DNA from: a virus
Lineage: Duplodnaviria > Caudoviricetes
Direction: 5' to 3' (one strand)
Length of the DNA: 64,000 nucleotides
IMG/VR virus record: IMGVR_UViG_2974513946_000001
Coordinates: 3,499-67,498 of that record
A program made the translations under genes and the position numbers. Positions 1-8,824 of this stretch are shown piece after piece. The notes beneath the pieces are model-generated. The model was not told the DNA's origin. It worked only from the letters and a program-made list of their open reading frames with translations, and did no database searches. The stretch's first letter is position 1; each line of letters opens with the position of its first letter.

Positions 1-11
1 TTTCGACAGAC

Positions 12-54
12 AATAAAAAGCCCCGGTTCATTGCTGATTCCGGGGCTTTTTATT
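12..54. terminator. Bidirectional intrinsic terminator
   Basis: AATAAAAAGCCCCGG-loop-CCGGGGCTTTTTATT perfect inverted repeat with A/T tracts on both sides, just after the stop of 65..382 (-). Confidence 0.9.
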
Positions 55-64
55 CAGTGGTGTA

Positions 65-382
65 TCATGTCAGCGGGTAAGCATCACTTACGCCGGTAAC
101 GCCTTCGCCGACCCCGCTACGGGTCAGAGCCGCCAGACGGAAGCCATTGGATTCGGAAGTCATCAGGGCGCCGCATTTCGATTCACTGGAACCGACGCTT
201 TGCATATAGGCCAATTCGGCCTTGAGTTGGGCACCCTGCGCGCCGTACTCGCCAACGCTGGCGACCGCGTGCCGGAACTGGTGGACGACGCCGAAGTCGT
301 GGGCGCTGGCTACTGTCGAGAAGCCTAACAGAGACAGGGCGACACAACACATGCCCAGAACAAAACGGTGAAGACTCTTCAT
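65..382 (-). CDS. Small exported protein, unknown function
   Basis: 105 aa ORF; signal peptide-like N-terminus (MKSLHR-hydrophobic-ASA); AAGGAA RBS; followed by terminator. Confidence 0.75.
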   Translation of the reverse strand: MKSLHRFVLGMCCVALSLLGFSTVASAHDFGVVHQFRHAVASVGEYGAQGAQLKAELAYMQSVGSSESKCGALMTSESNGFRLAALTRSGVGEGVTGVSDAYPLT

Positions 383-448
383 AGCGGTGTTTCCTTTTGG
401 TGGGGTTATCGGTTAAGAGGCGATCAGGTTAGCACCTAATCCAGAAAG

Positions 449-940
449 TTAACAGCCCTTTGCGATCTTCGTCAGGTCGTAATGTGGGAAGGCTTTAGAC
501 ACAAGCATTTCCCAATTCTGGAACGCCGCGTAAACGGTCGGGAACGAATCGGTTCGGGTCTTCAAGCGGTCTTGAACATCCCACTTGCCGGAAAGGCAGT
601 TGAAACGGATGCTCCCGCCGACCTGATAATGATCGTTGTAAAAGTCGCCGAACTGGTCGGCTTTCCAGCCCAGCTTAATGTCATAGACGATTGCTTCCCA
701 CTGGTCGGCGCTGGACGGGATGACCACATAGGAGATAGGGCAACGGGTGCCGGTGCGTTCGTCGATGAAAGTTTCTTTTTCGGCGTTGAAAGAGAAGTGT
801 TCCGCCAGCGGTTCCCACTCCTTTTTCTCCTTGCTGAACATTTCGGTCACGCCGCCTTCTGCGTCTTGGCGCAGGGCGTAATAGATGTTACGACCGACGA
901 AGACGTGAACAGCGGCGATTGCGTAATACTTAACAGACAT
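449..940 (-). CDS. Hypothetical early protein
   Basis: 163 aa ORF in a tightly packed minus-strand cluster; AAGGAA RBS upstream. Confidence 0.75.
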   Translation of the reverse strand: MSVKYYAIAAVHVFVGRNIYYALRQDAEGGVTEMFSKEKKEWEPLAEHFSFNAEKETFIDERTGTRCPISYVVIPSSADQWEAIVYDIKLGWKADQFGDFYNDHYQVGGSIRFNCLSGKWDVQDRLKTRTDSFPTVYAAFQNWEMLVSKAFPHYDLTKIAKGC

Positions 941-952
941 GGTTGTCGTTCC

Positions 953-1507
953 TTACTGGTTGATCGTCAGGGACATGACGTTGATTGTGGTTCCGGCTTC
1001 TTTGACGGATTCTAGAAGACTAGCACCATTCACGATAAATGGAAGCGCTTTATTCGGCAAAGGGTTAACAGTTTCGACAACATCACGACGCGAAATCATG
1101 CCGTGCATTGCCAGCGTTGAAACAGCGGTGCTATGACGCCATTCGCCGGTTCGTGGGTCTGCAAACCATAGCGATTGATCACGCGCCAGATGATATACCG
1201 CATCGCCGCCGATTCCACGCGTCCAGAACTTCGCGGCGGGTTTCACTGCGTCTTTCGGCAACGTGCTGTAAATCGTCGATGTGTGGTTGATGTGCGCTTC
1301 TGTCGTCACAACCACCATTTGAGCGTTGACCAGAGCGCGCAAGACGTTATGCGCCAACGGTTCCCAACGACCACCGGGCACACACTGACGACGGAACGCC
1401 TTAACAGGATCGCCCGGAATGGCCTTGTAAGCGCGGAACAGGTTCACGTTCTCGGTATAGCGGTTGTGGTCGATGTAGAAAACGGGGTCGTATTGGGCTT
1501 CACTCAC
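953..1507 (-). CDS. Hypothetical early protein
   Basis: Track ORF 953..1576; start refined to GTG 1507 (AAGGT RBS, next to the upstream stop at 1500). Confidence 0.7.
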   Translation of the reverse strand: MSEAQYDPVFYIDHNRYTENVNLFRAYKAIPGDPVKAFRRQCVPGGRWEPLAHNVLRALVNAQMVVVTTEAHINHTSTIYSTLPKDAVKPAAKFWTRGIGGDAVYHLARDQSLWFADPRTGEWRHSTAVSTLAMHGMISRRDVVETVNPLPNKALPFIVNGASLLESVKEAGTTINVMSLTINQ

Positions 1508-2024
1508 GGGATTTACCTTTGTCTGTTCCTGCGATGGCTTCGCGGGACTTGAGTTCGAACGCATAGGTCTTGTCACCGAACTGAAACGCCAGCTTGCCGG
1601 ACTCTTTCAGGCGCATACGGAAGCGTACAGCCTTGGAGCCGGGCAAGCGTAGGGCGTCGAAGGCCGCTTGAGTTGACCGGTATTCGCCCGTTTCGACTGC
1701 CGTTTCTGGGGTTGGTTCCATGCCTTGATGCGTCGTGACAAACACACGGTGGCGCGTGACGCGTGCTTCGAAAACGTTGGGGTCAGTCCACGACTCTGAC
1801 TTCGTGCGACCGCGACGGGTGTTGTCGGCTTTCAGGTCGCCACCGTTCACCACCTTCATAGTCGCCATGTGGCGAAGGTCGGCTTCGGCCATTTCTTGGG
1901 TAATCAGATGTTCAGGAACATCGGCGTTAAGCGAAACGTAACCGTCTTCGTTGTCCTGATCGACAATTGGGTTGTCTGCTACGTGTTCGCGGCCTGCACG
2001 TTGACGGTAAATCGGAGTGGACAT
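1500..2024 (-). CDS. Hypothetical protein, possible DNA-binding C-terminal domain
   Basis: Basic C-terminal half (RRGRTKSESWTDP...EYRSTQAAFDALRLP...RFRMRLK) resembles an uncharacterised phage domain I recall; directly downstream of a sigma70 promoter. Confidence 0.7.
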   Translation of the reverse strand: MSTPIYRQRAGREHVADNPIVDQDNEDGYVSLNADVPEHLITQEMAEADLRHMATMKVVNGGDLKADNTRRGRTKSESWTDPNVFEARVTRHRVFVTTHQGMEPTPETAVETGEYRSTQAAFDALRLPGSKAVRFRMRLKESGKLAFQFGDKTYAFELKSREAIAGTDKGKSRE

Positions 2025-2057
2025 TTTCAATTCTCTGAATGGGTTGGGAAAGCGGGA

Positions 2058-2086
2058 AGTCTATATTTCACTTCCCGCGTTGTAAA
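2058..2086 (-). promoter_or_regulatory. sigma70-like promoter with AGTGAAATA
   Basis: TTTACA-17bp-TAGACT on the minus strand; overlaps the inverted repeat GCGGGAAGT/ACTTCCCGC. Confidence 0.7.
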
Positions 2087-2092
2087 GCGAAA

Positions 2093-3094
2093 TCAATCGC
2101 TTACAGGCAAATCAGCCAGTTTGACAAGGTTGGCAACGCGCAACTGTTGCGGTCGGCAGTGAAGCCACATTTCGGACGTGAACATTTCGTACACGACAGG
2201 CGAAGCCGAAACGTCTTCTTTGATCCAGCACGGAGCGCAACGCAGACCGCCGCGATACCAGTGTGTTGCGTCTTGTGGCGCATCGTTGCGGAACGGGTCT
2301 ACATTCTTTTCTAAGCCCGATTGAATCGCCTTTTCTAACACCGTTTCGGTTCGTTTGAACGATGACAGGTCGGCGTGTGCGTCGATGCTGGTAATCGGCC
2401 CCGGTTTCAACTGGTCGAAAGGAATAGGGTCGTTCAGTTCGAAGACTTCAAAATCTTTCGTGTCGGTCATTCGAACCAGTTCGCTTGCTACAGCGCACCA
2501 GACTTCGGAACCCATGCCGGATTTGATGTAGTGACCGAAAAACACATTCCCGTTTTTCATGACGAATTGATGGGTTGCCATCAAGCCAGACAGTTCGGTT
2601 ACGCGTGGTTGCGATTCGCCGAAGAATGCCGACGCTTCTAACGAAGAGTGAAGGCTAGTCGCCGCCGCCATCTTTTTGTGGTCGATAATGATAGGGTGCG
2701 CAACGCAACGGCAATTGTACGCCTCTGGTGTCTCTGGACGATGCAGCGGGCGGCGTGTGCGTGGGTCTAATGCACCCGTCCAGAGATAGCGCGGAACGGC
2801 CTTGTAACCGGCGATGGCCTTTTCTGCGATTGCATCAAGGTAGGCTTTAGGGTCGTTCGCAATGTGGCGGAACTCAAGCGGGCAATAGCCGTTCGCGTTC
2901 AGGTATTGGGCCAGCTTGCGGCGCTTCATTGGCTCCGTTGCTGGGTTGGATGGGTCTTTGGGGTCGTGCAGGTAGTGGCGAGAACCCTTTTTCAGTTCAG
3001 GGCCGACGCGCTTGATGATAACGGTATGGTTAAGCGGGATGTTGTGAAGTCGGCGTTCTGCGTAAACGTCGTCACGCTCAAAAAGAAAAATCAT
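2093..3094 (-). CDS. Protein with an internal minimal MuF/SPP1-gp7-like motif
   Basis: YLWTGALDPRTRRPLH...NCRCVAHP matches the W-x-D-x-RTR-H / NCRC signature of MuF head-morphogenesis domains. Confidence 0.7.
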   Translation of the reverse strand: MIFLFERDDVYAERRLHNIPLNHTVIIKRVGPELKKGSRHYLHDPKDPSNPATEPMKRRKLAQYLNANGYCPLEFRHIANDPKAYLDAIAEKAIAGYKAVPRYLWTGALDPRTRRPLHRPETPEAYNCRCVAHPIIIDHKKMAAATSLHSSLEASAFFGESQPRVTELSGLMATHQFVMKNGNVFFGHYIKSGMGSEVWCAVASELVRMTDTKDFEVFELNDPIPFDQLKPGPITSIDAHADLSSFKRTETVLEKAIQSGLEKNVDPFRNDAPQDATHWYRGGLRCAPCWIKEDVSASPVVYEMFTSEMWLHCRPQQLRVANLVKLADLPVSD

Positions 3095-3148
3095 CGTAAT
3101 TCACCTATCAGGAAAGGGCGACCGGGATTAGCCGCCCTGTACCGCTAT

Positions 3149-3808
3149 TTAACTGCCGTAACCGTCCAGAAAATTCAGGGTGTTGACCATCGGGGCGAAC
3201 CCGGTCGATGCGAACTTGTCGGTTGTCATTTTCCAGCCCAGACGAATGCGAATGTCTTTCGTCTCACTCCACGGATAAACGACATAAAATTCGAACCCGA
3301 TCAGTTTGCCGGTGGTGTGGTCAGTGTACGTTGTGTGGTACGCGCCTGCAATCTTGTATTTGTCGGAAATGTTCGGGTTTCCGTTGGTCAACAGTATATC
3401 GTTCGGGTCGAATGGCAATGACACCTTTTGCGACCAACCGTAAATAGGGTTTCGAATCATCCAGCCGATGCGATTCAAATAGCCTTTGAAACCGGTGGTG
3501 ATTCCGGGGAACCACGAACGTTTCGCGACATAGCCTTCGTCACCTTGCGGCGGGTTGTCATAGGTGCCGTAAAGACCGCCCCAAGTGTACCCGGTAGAAC
3601 CGTAGGGTTGCGCGCTAGTAAACGCCGCGATGAACGGAGCGACGAAAGGAATCGTCAGAGTCAGGACGAAATCGACAACCACATACGCCGACCATTTCAG
3701 GTACGCCAGTTGCCAAGTGAACAGGGCCATTACCAGACCGAAGACCGGCAACAACAGAACGGCAATGACCATCAACAGGCCCATGCCAAGGGTTTTCAGG
3801 AAGTTCAT
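3149..3808 (-). CDS. Membrane-anchored hypothetical protein
   Basis: Two N-terminal hydrophobic segments; W-x-x-RNP-x-Y motif. Confidence 0.8.
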   Translation of the reverse strand: MNFLKTLGMGLLMVIAVLLLPVFGLVMALFTWQLAYLKWSAYVVVDFVLTLTIPFVAPFIAAFTSAQPYGSTGYTWGGLYGTYDNPPQGDEGYVAKRSWFPGITTGFKGYLNRIGWMIRNPIYGWSQKVSLPFDPNDILLTNGNPNISDKYKIAGAYHTTYTDHTTGKLIGFEFYVVYPWSETKDIRIRLGWKMTTDKFASTGFAPMVNTLNFLDGYGS

Positions 3809-3811
3809 TTG

Positions 3812-3997
3812 TTACATACTCCAGAGGCTGAAATTGATTACGCGAATGTGCATCGCCAGAGGCGAAATATTCAGGTTCGGGGCGTAGCTTTCCGGTTCCG
3901 GGTCGGCTGCGTCCATTTCGGCATTGATCGAATCAATCATTGCCTTTTGTTGTTCAGAAAGGCCCATCTTTGCGAACTTCTTTTTGGTAAGTGCCAT
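3812..3997 (-). CDS. Small hypothetical protein
   Basis: 61 aa, GGAG RBS, fills the gap in the operon. Confidence 0.6.
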   Translation of the reverse strand: MALTKKKFAKMGLSEQQKAMIDSINAEMDAADPEPESYAPNLNISPLAMHIRVINFSLWSM

Positions 3998-4002
3998 CTT
4001 TG

Positions 4003-4425
4003 TTACTCCACCGACAGGTTTGGAAGAATTTGGGAAGGTTTGAAAATCACCTTGTAATGGTACGGGTCAGTTTTCAGACCGTCCATTTGTTCGGCGAAGT
4101 AAGACAGGTTCCCGGAAAGGCCAAGATAGTGGCGCTTGTACTCGTTCGGGCCGACTTTGCACGTCACTTTCAGGGCTTGCGACGATTGCAAATCCATACT
4201 GCAAAGACCTTCGATGGTCAGCAGGTATTCCCCGTTCATGCTGTTGTAAAACGACACGCGGCGTTCGACTTGGAAGTTATCCGCCGCATTCGACAGGTTT
4301 CGGTTTACCACGGAAGCGTCATCGCACGCAGTCAGGGCCAGAGCGGAACCCAGCAAGAACAGGGCGCGTGCAAGGCGTTTGCCAGAAGCACGACCACCAA
4401 TAACGACAACATCTTTACGTTCCAT
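4003..4425 (-). CDS. Conserved phage lipoprotein
   Basis: Lipobox LALTA-C; NLSNAADNFQVERRVSFYN...TIEGLCS pattern of a widespread phage lipoprotein family. Confidence 0.8.
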   Translation of the reverse strand: MERKDVVVIGGRASGKRLARALFLLGSALALTACDDASVVNRNLSNAADNFQVERRVSFYNSMNGEYLLTIEGLCSMDLQSSQALKVTCKVGPNEYKRHYLGLSGNLSYFAEQMDGLKTDPYHYKVIFKPSQILPNLSVE

Positions 4426-4452
4426 CTTTGTTTCTCCTTTGCTGGTTACGAA

Positions 4453-4480
4453 AACGCCGTCATTGTGACATGACGGCGTT
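4453..4480 (-). terminator. Intrinsic terminator
   Basis: 10-bp stem AACGCCGTCA/TGACGGCGTT followed by a short T run on the minus strand. Confidence 0.65.
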
Positions 4481-4503
4481 GGGTTGTGAAGCGATTTATT
4501 TCA

Positions 4504-4803
4504 TTAGGCTTTTTGGGTGCGGTCTTCGCCCGAAGCCTTGTCGAAACCGAAGGTCACGTCGGGGGTTTTCCGGTCGATACTTTCCAGATGCGCGGCGATC
4601 TTGGACAACACCAGCCAGCCCGAAGACAGCACCGCCCAAATCAGGACACCGACGACCCAAACAAGGAGGATGGCACCGAAACCGGCAAGGTCTGCTTTGA
4701 AAAACGCACCGATCAGGGCCAGAGCGCAGAACACGGTAAGAATCCAGAACGACAGCTTCACAAAGAAGTTCATTACGGAGACAGCAAGGTTATTCAGTTT
4801 CAT
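4504..4803 (-). CDS. Small inner-membrane protein
   Basis: 99 aa with two long hydrophobic helices; start abuts the upstream stop. Confidence 0.8.
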   Translation of the reverse strand: MKLNNLAVSVMNFFVKLSFWILTVFCALALIGAFFKADLAGFGAILLVWVVGVLIWAVLSSGWLVLSKIAAHLESIDRKTPDVTFGFDKASGEDRTQKA

Positions 4804-5367
4804 TTATTCGTTTCCTTCTTGGGTTTGGGTAGGTTTCGGGGAAATGATAACACGCCCCACGTTAGATGCAAGTTCCGTAACCGCATCACCTTCACGAATG
4901 TACGTCACGTTAAGACCACGCGAACCGGCACGCGTAACGAGAAAAGGTTTAAAGCCGGATTCGTCTTCCACGAAACACGCTCGACCGGTGCCCATCATAC
5001 GGTCAACGTGGCCTAGCGCCGCTTGCAGGCGTCGAACGTCGTCAGGGTTGATACGGCTGAAATCGACGAACAAATCGTCGTCACGGTGTCCATAGTCGCG
5101 ACGGGTGCCATAGGTTCCCGGAACCAGTTGTTCAGGCTGGTCGAAGACGACCGGTTCGTCTGGAACAAGCGCGGCCATCGGTGAACTGTCGCGAATGAAC
5201 ATTTCGCATTTGGTATAGCTCTTTGCGTCTTTCAACTGGCTGCGCGTAAGGGCGTACAAGGCCGCGAAGTTCAGGGAAAGCACCAGAGCAATCCAGAAAG
5301 CCAACTGCCAGTAATCGCCAGAGATTGCCAGACCAGCAAGGAAGAAATAAGCGAGTGCGTAGAACAT
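4804..5367 (-). CDS. Membrane-anchored hypothetical protein
   Basis: Two N-terminal hydrophobic segments, soluble C-terminus. Confidence 0.75.
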   Translation of the reverse strand: MFYALAYFFLAGLAISGDYWQLAFWIALVLSLNFAALYALTRSQLKDAKSYTKCEMFIRDSSPMAALVPDEPVVFDQPEQLVPGTYGTRRDYGHRDDDLFVDFSRINPDDVRRLQAALGHVDRMMGTGRACFVEDESGFKPFLVTRAGSRGLNVTYIREGDAVTELASNVGRVIISPKPTQTQEGNE

Positions 5368-5370
5368 AAG

Positions 5371-5541
5371 TCACCTTTTGAAGAAATATAGAACAAAGTG
5401 GAGAATCGTTGCCGCGACAACGGCTAGGGTAATTTTCCAATGCGGGTCGGGGTGTGCGACAGCCAAGTACAGAGAAACGAAACAACAGACGTAAGCGACG
5501 AACAGAAGAAAGAACAGAAAGAACTTGAACAGCCGATTCAC
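5371..5541 (-). CDS. 56-aa two-helix membrane microprotein (not in ORF track)
   Basis: AGGAGG RBS, GTG start; MNRLFKFFLFFLLFVAYVCCFVSLYLAVAHPDPHWKITLAVVAATILHFVLYFFKR; stop 3 nt before the next gene. Confidence 0.8.
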   Translation of the reverse strand: MNRLFKFFLFFLLFVAYVCCFVSLYLAVAHPDPHWKITLAVVAATILHFVLYFFKR

Positions 5542-5608
5542 GGTGTAACCCTCCTTTGATATCAGGATACAGACCAGAGGGTTACAACCAAAGTTCCTAA
5601 GTCGCTAT

Positions 5609-6412
5609 TTATTCCGATTCGTCTTCGACGGATTCGACGTAAACCGAACCATGTTCGCCGGACACTTTCAATTCAGAAAGCAATTCCGCGATTTCCGTTC
5701 CCTTGTACGAATGTGGCAGGAAAGGGACGTTCGGAGACTTGACCGCCGGTTCATGTTTCATCACCGAAAGAATAAGCGCCTTCCACTTCTCCCACGTCTG
5801 CGCGGCACCGATACCGTGCGACACTTTGACGCTATCAGTCCGAATCATGTCCGGGCGCGCTGCGTCGGTACGGTGGGAAGCGAATTGCAATTCCGTCGCC
5901 GTGTAGGTGATGGGCCAAGGCGCGCACATGATCGACTTGAGTTGCGCGCCGTTGCCTATGGCGTTGTACAGGTCGTTGTTCTGAAACACCGTACCGTCAA
6001 GGTCTGCGCCTACAAAGTTGGTTCCGCGAAGGTTGCAGCTAAGAAGGCGGGAGCCAACGACCTTGGAACGCGAAAAGTCCGCGTGCATGAACTCCGTTCC
6101 AAGGATGGTGCAGCCCAACAGGGATACGGCGGACAAGTCCGCATCGTTGAACTTGGCGCCTTGGATTTCGCAGCCGATGAAAGATACGCCGGTACTACCG
6201 GTGTGAACCCCGTTAAAGTTCGCCTTGTGCAGATTGCAGCGCGTAAAGGATGTGTCGATAAGTACGCAGTTCGACAAGTCCAGTTCGGTCAAATCCAGAC
6301 CTTCCACTTTCACGCCGAAAATGACATTCCCTTTCAGTGTGTCACGGTCGCCGGTCATCAAGACCGATAAAAATTCGTCGTGGTCGATAACGACCGGCTT
6401 TTTGGTTTGCAT
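5609..6412 (-). CDS. Pentapeptide repeat protein
   Basis: Recurrent A/L-x-L/F pentapeptides (LDLSN, ANFNG, AKFND, ADLSA, ADFSR, ADLDG); start refined to ATG 6412. Confidence 0.85.
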   Translation of the reverse strand: MQTKKPVVIDHDEFLSVLMTGDRDTLKGNVIFGVKVEGLDLTELDLSNCVLIDTSFTRCNLHKANFNGVHTGSTGVSFIGCEIQGAKFNDADLSAVSLLGCTILGTEFMHADFSRSKVVGSRLLSCNLRGTNFVGADLDGTVFQNNDLYNAIGNGAQLKSIMCAPWPITYTATELQFASHRTDAARPDMIRTDSVKVSHGIGAAQTWEKWKALILSVMKHEPAVKSPNVPFLPHSYKGTEIAELLSELKVSGEHGSVYVESVEDESE

Positions 6413-6505
6413 TTGTGTTGCCCTTTGCTGGTTGGTTTCGGCGATGATAACACGGATACAGAAAGGCCGCACAATAGCGCGGCCTTATTTCCCATCTGCG
6501 CCAGT

Positions 6506-6715
6506 TCAGCGCGTGATAGTGACGACTCGATCAAGCCGGGCCGAATAAGGCAAGTTGTAGGAGAAAAGTTCTCCGGTCTTGCTGCAACGAATCTTGACGG
6601 CCACTGTAGAACCGTTTTTGTTGACGCTTTCGACAACACCGTTAGACGGGTCGGAACTTCCTTGCAGGTTTATAACGTCGCCGCGTATCACGGAACCCGC
6701 GTTGATTGTGCCCAT
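6506..6715 (-). CDS. Small hypothetical beta-rich protein
   Basis: 69 aa with AAGGAAGG RBS. Confidence 0.7.
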   Translation of the reverse strand: MGTINAGSVIRGDVINLQGSSDPSNGVVESVNKNGSTVAVKIRCSKTGELFSYNLPYSARLDRVVTITR

Positions 6716-6804
6716 GTGTTGCCCTTCCTTTATGAGTATGTCGCGGCTGGCCGATTGCCTAACCTATCGTATGCGACCACCATAAAGGAAGGTAGTTCAA
6801 AAGC

Positions 6805-7218
6805 CTACTTAGACACCTTCGCCGGTTTGGCCTTAATGGCGCGTTCGGCGTCTTTGATGTAGCAATAACCTTCGGTGCCGTTCTCTGTCAGGTACATGAT
6901 TTCGCCGTCAAGAACTTGAACGATCAAGTTCGAAAGCAAAGAGTCATCGACCACACGTTTCGGGCGAATATAGAAATCGACTTGCGCTTGGCCGTCTTCG
7001 GTGACTGGAACGCCCTTCTTGAAGGTGGGCCAGCTAACGAAATCAACAAGGTCGGTTTCCCCGTCGTTAAGAAGCAAATCGTTCAGGCTGATGTTCGACG
7101 CATCGCCGCGCATCCCGGCTTCAAGAAAGATCGCCCCGACACCTTTCCCAACGATCAACGCAGCGGCTTGCATGATCAGTTCACATTGCGACTTGCTTGG
7201 TTTCCATTGTGCAGACAT
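6805..7218 (-). CDS. Hypothetical early protein
   Basis: 137 aa preceded by the CTACCCGAAACGGAG leader/RBS. Confidence 0.8.
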   Translation of the reverse strand: MSAQWKPSKSQCELIMQAAALIVGKGVGAIFLEAGMRGDASNISLNDLLLNDGETDLVDFVSWPTFKKGVPVTEDGQAQVDFYIRPKRVVDDSLLSNLIVQVLDGEIMYLTENGTEGYCYIKDAERAIKAKPAKVSK

Positions 7219-7249
7219 GTTCTATTCTCCGTTTCGGGTAGGTAAAGGG

Positions 7250-7432
7250 TTAGGCGAATTTGCCCAACAGAAGGCGCGGCATTTTGTAGATATGGAAGAC
7301 GTGTTGAGTGTGGCGGATGTAGGCGCCTTCCTGAACTTCACGGTTCGACAACCAGCTAAAAGGGCGCTGCGTGTCCATGGCGTTCATGGTGGCGTTGCGG
7401 GTTGCTTCGGTGTACTCGTTAAAGATGTTCAT
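7250..7432 (-). CDS. Small hypothetical early protein
   Basis: 60 aa with its own promoter and CTACCCAAAACGGAG leader. Confidence 0.75.
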   Translation of the reverse strand: MNIFNEYTEATRNATMNAMDTQRPFSWLSNREVQEGAYIRHTQHVFHIYKMPRLLLGKFA

Positions 7433-7467
7433 TTCGCTTTCTCCGTTTTGGGTAGTAAGTGGGGAGG

Positions 7468-7496
7468 ATATTATTTCACTCCCCGGATGCTGTCAA
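7468..7496 (-). promoter_or_regulatory. Strong sigma70-like promoter with AGTGAAATA
   Basis: TTGACA-17bp-TAATAT. Confidence 0.85.
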
Positions 7497-7500
7497 CAGA

Positions 7501-7929
7501 TTAAGCGAAAAGAATTTCGTTCATCACTTGTTTGCAGTTGGCTTTCTCGATTTCGATTTGTTCGGCCTTGGTCATCACGACGCCCTGTTGGTTGTTGCCG
7601 TTGCGAACACGGGTCGCCCAATACATCGCATCGGAAGCGAAAGCGCATGTCGGGGCGTTCTGCACTGCGTTGACGCGGTGGGAAACCCAATCAACGCACA
7701 TGCCGCCAACCACGACCACAAAGCCAGCGACGTCGGTGATGTTTTCGAGGATTTGAAGTTTCAGGGCCAGACGGGAGAAGACAGGGTTTGCCATCGCCTC
7801 TTTGGCTTTCTTGTGGCAGTCTTTCAACGCAGCTTTGAACATGTCCGCGTAAGACAGCTTAACGCCAGCTTTTGCAGCTTCGGCGACGGTGGCTTTGGTC
7901 AGGGCGTGGGCTTTAGTCATTACGTTCAT
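7501..7929 (-). CDS. Hypothetical early protein
   Basis: Start refined to ATG 7929 (MNVMTKAH) behind the CTACCCTAAACGGAG leader. Confidence 0.8.
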   Translation of the reverse strand: MNVMTKAHALTKATVAEAAKAGVKLSYADMFKAALKDCHKKAKEAMANPVFSRLALKLQILENITDVAGFVVVVGGMCVDWVSHRVNAVQNAPTCAFASDAMYWATRVRNGNNQQGVVMTKAEQIEIEKANCKQVMNEILFA

Positions 7930-7972
7930 GTTTTCAACTCCGTTTAGGGTAGTTCGTTTCGGTATAGGCGCC

Positions 7973-8000
7973 ATTCTACCGGAATAGAACGGCGCGTCAA
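7973..8000 (-). promoter_or_regulatory. sigma70-like promoter
   Basis: TTGACG-16bp-TAGAAT, with AGTGAAATA 5 bp upstream of the -35. Confidence 0.7.
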
Positions 8001-8012
8001 CACTTTATTTCA

Positions 8013-8639
8013 CTAACCGCGTTCGGCCCTTCCGCGTTGCCCGTTATAGGTGTTGTTAAACCGACCCAAAATATAGTCCGGTCGCCGCTGTTCTTGAGTA
8101 GTCACCGCAAGGATGCGCCAACCTTCGTCAAGTTCAGCCTGTAGCGCGTCGGTGCAATAGTCCTGACACAATTTCAGGTCGTTGCAGTTATGCAGATGGA
8201 ACCCGCTCAACGGGCTATTGGTGCGCTCGTTCCAGCCGGGGTTTTCTGGGTTACGGTCTGGGTCGCCGGACTCAAGACGAAGCGCGGCCAATTCCATGCG
8301 TTCGATAAGGGTGAACATCTTGTCTTCGATTCGTTCACGGTCGTAGAACAGTTCTACGTTAGCCACGGAATACCGCGCCGGGTCTTCGCCGGTCGGAGAC
8401 TCTTTGTAGTTGGTGAAACGACCGGTACTAATCATGATCGTCGCCAGCGCGGCGTCATCGACCAAGATAATGTCGTTCCCATACCAATGTTTTTCTTTCC
8501 AGCTTTCGACGCCGACGTTAGGCAGGGAAAGAACCCAAGCGCGCATTTCATCGCGGAAGCCTTGGGACATAGCTTCCCGGTCTGGTTCTACATAGCTATA
8601 GAAGCTTGGAAGGTTCAGGGTCATTCGGTAAAGTTTCAT
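8013..8639 (-). CDS. Conserved phage hypothetical protein
   Basis: C-terminal CTDALQAELDEGWRILAV...RRPDYILGR motif seen in many phage proteins (from recall). Confidence 0.8.
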   Translation of the reverse strand: MKLYRMTLNLPSFYSYVEPDREAMSQGFRDEMRAWVLSLPNVGVESWKEKHWYGNDIILVDDAALATIMISTGRFTNYKESPTGEDPARYSVANVELFYDRERIEDKMFTLIERMELAALRLESGDPDRNPENPGWNERTNSPLSGFHLHNCNDLKLCQDYCTDALQAELDEGWRILAVTTQEQRRPDYILGRFNNTYNGQRGRAERG

Positions 8640-8668
8640 GGTTTAGCCTCTGGGGTTTGGGTAGGCGA

Positions 8669-8697
8669 ATTTTAGGTCTGTTATTTCACTCCGTCAA
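8669..8697 (-). promoter_or_regulatory. sigma70-like promoter with AGTGAAATA
   Basis: TTGACG-17bp-TAAAAT; divergent from terL. Confidence 0.85.
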
Positions 8698-8824
8698 GCC
8701 ATTTGTTCCGACAATCTGCGACGGGGTAGAATGCCACCACGCAAACCGACCAGCGGACGCCCGCAACCTGTCGGAATCACCCAATAGATAGCGCCGCGCT
8801 GACGGCGAAACGGAACCGAAATAG

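Noticed and set aside
4003-4425. Recombination directionality factor label often given to this family
   Set aside because: It has a lipobox and no integrase is present; a cytoplasmic RDF role is not supported.
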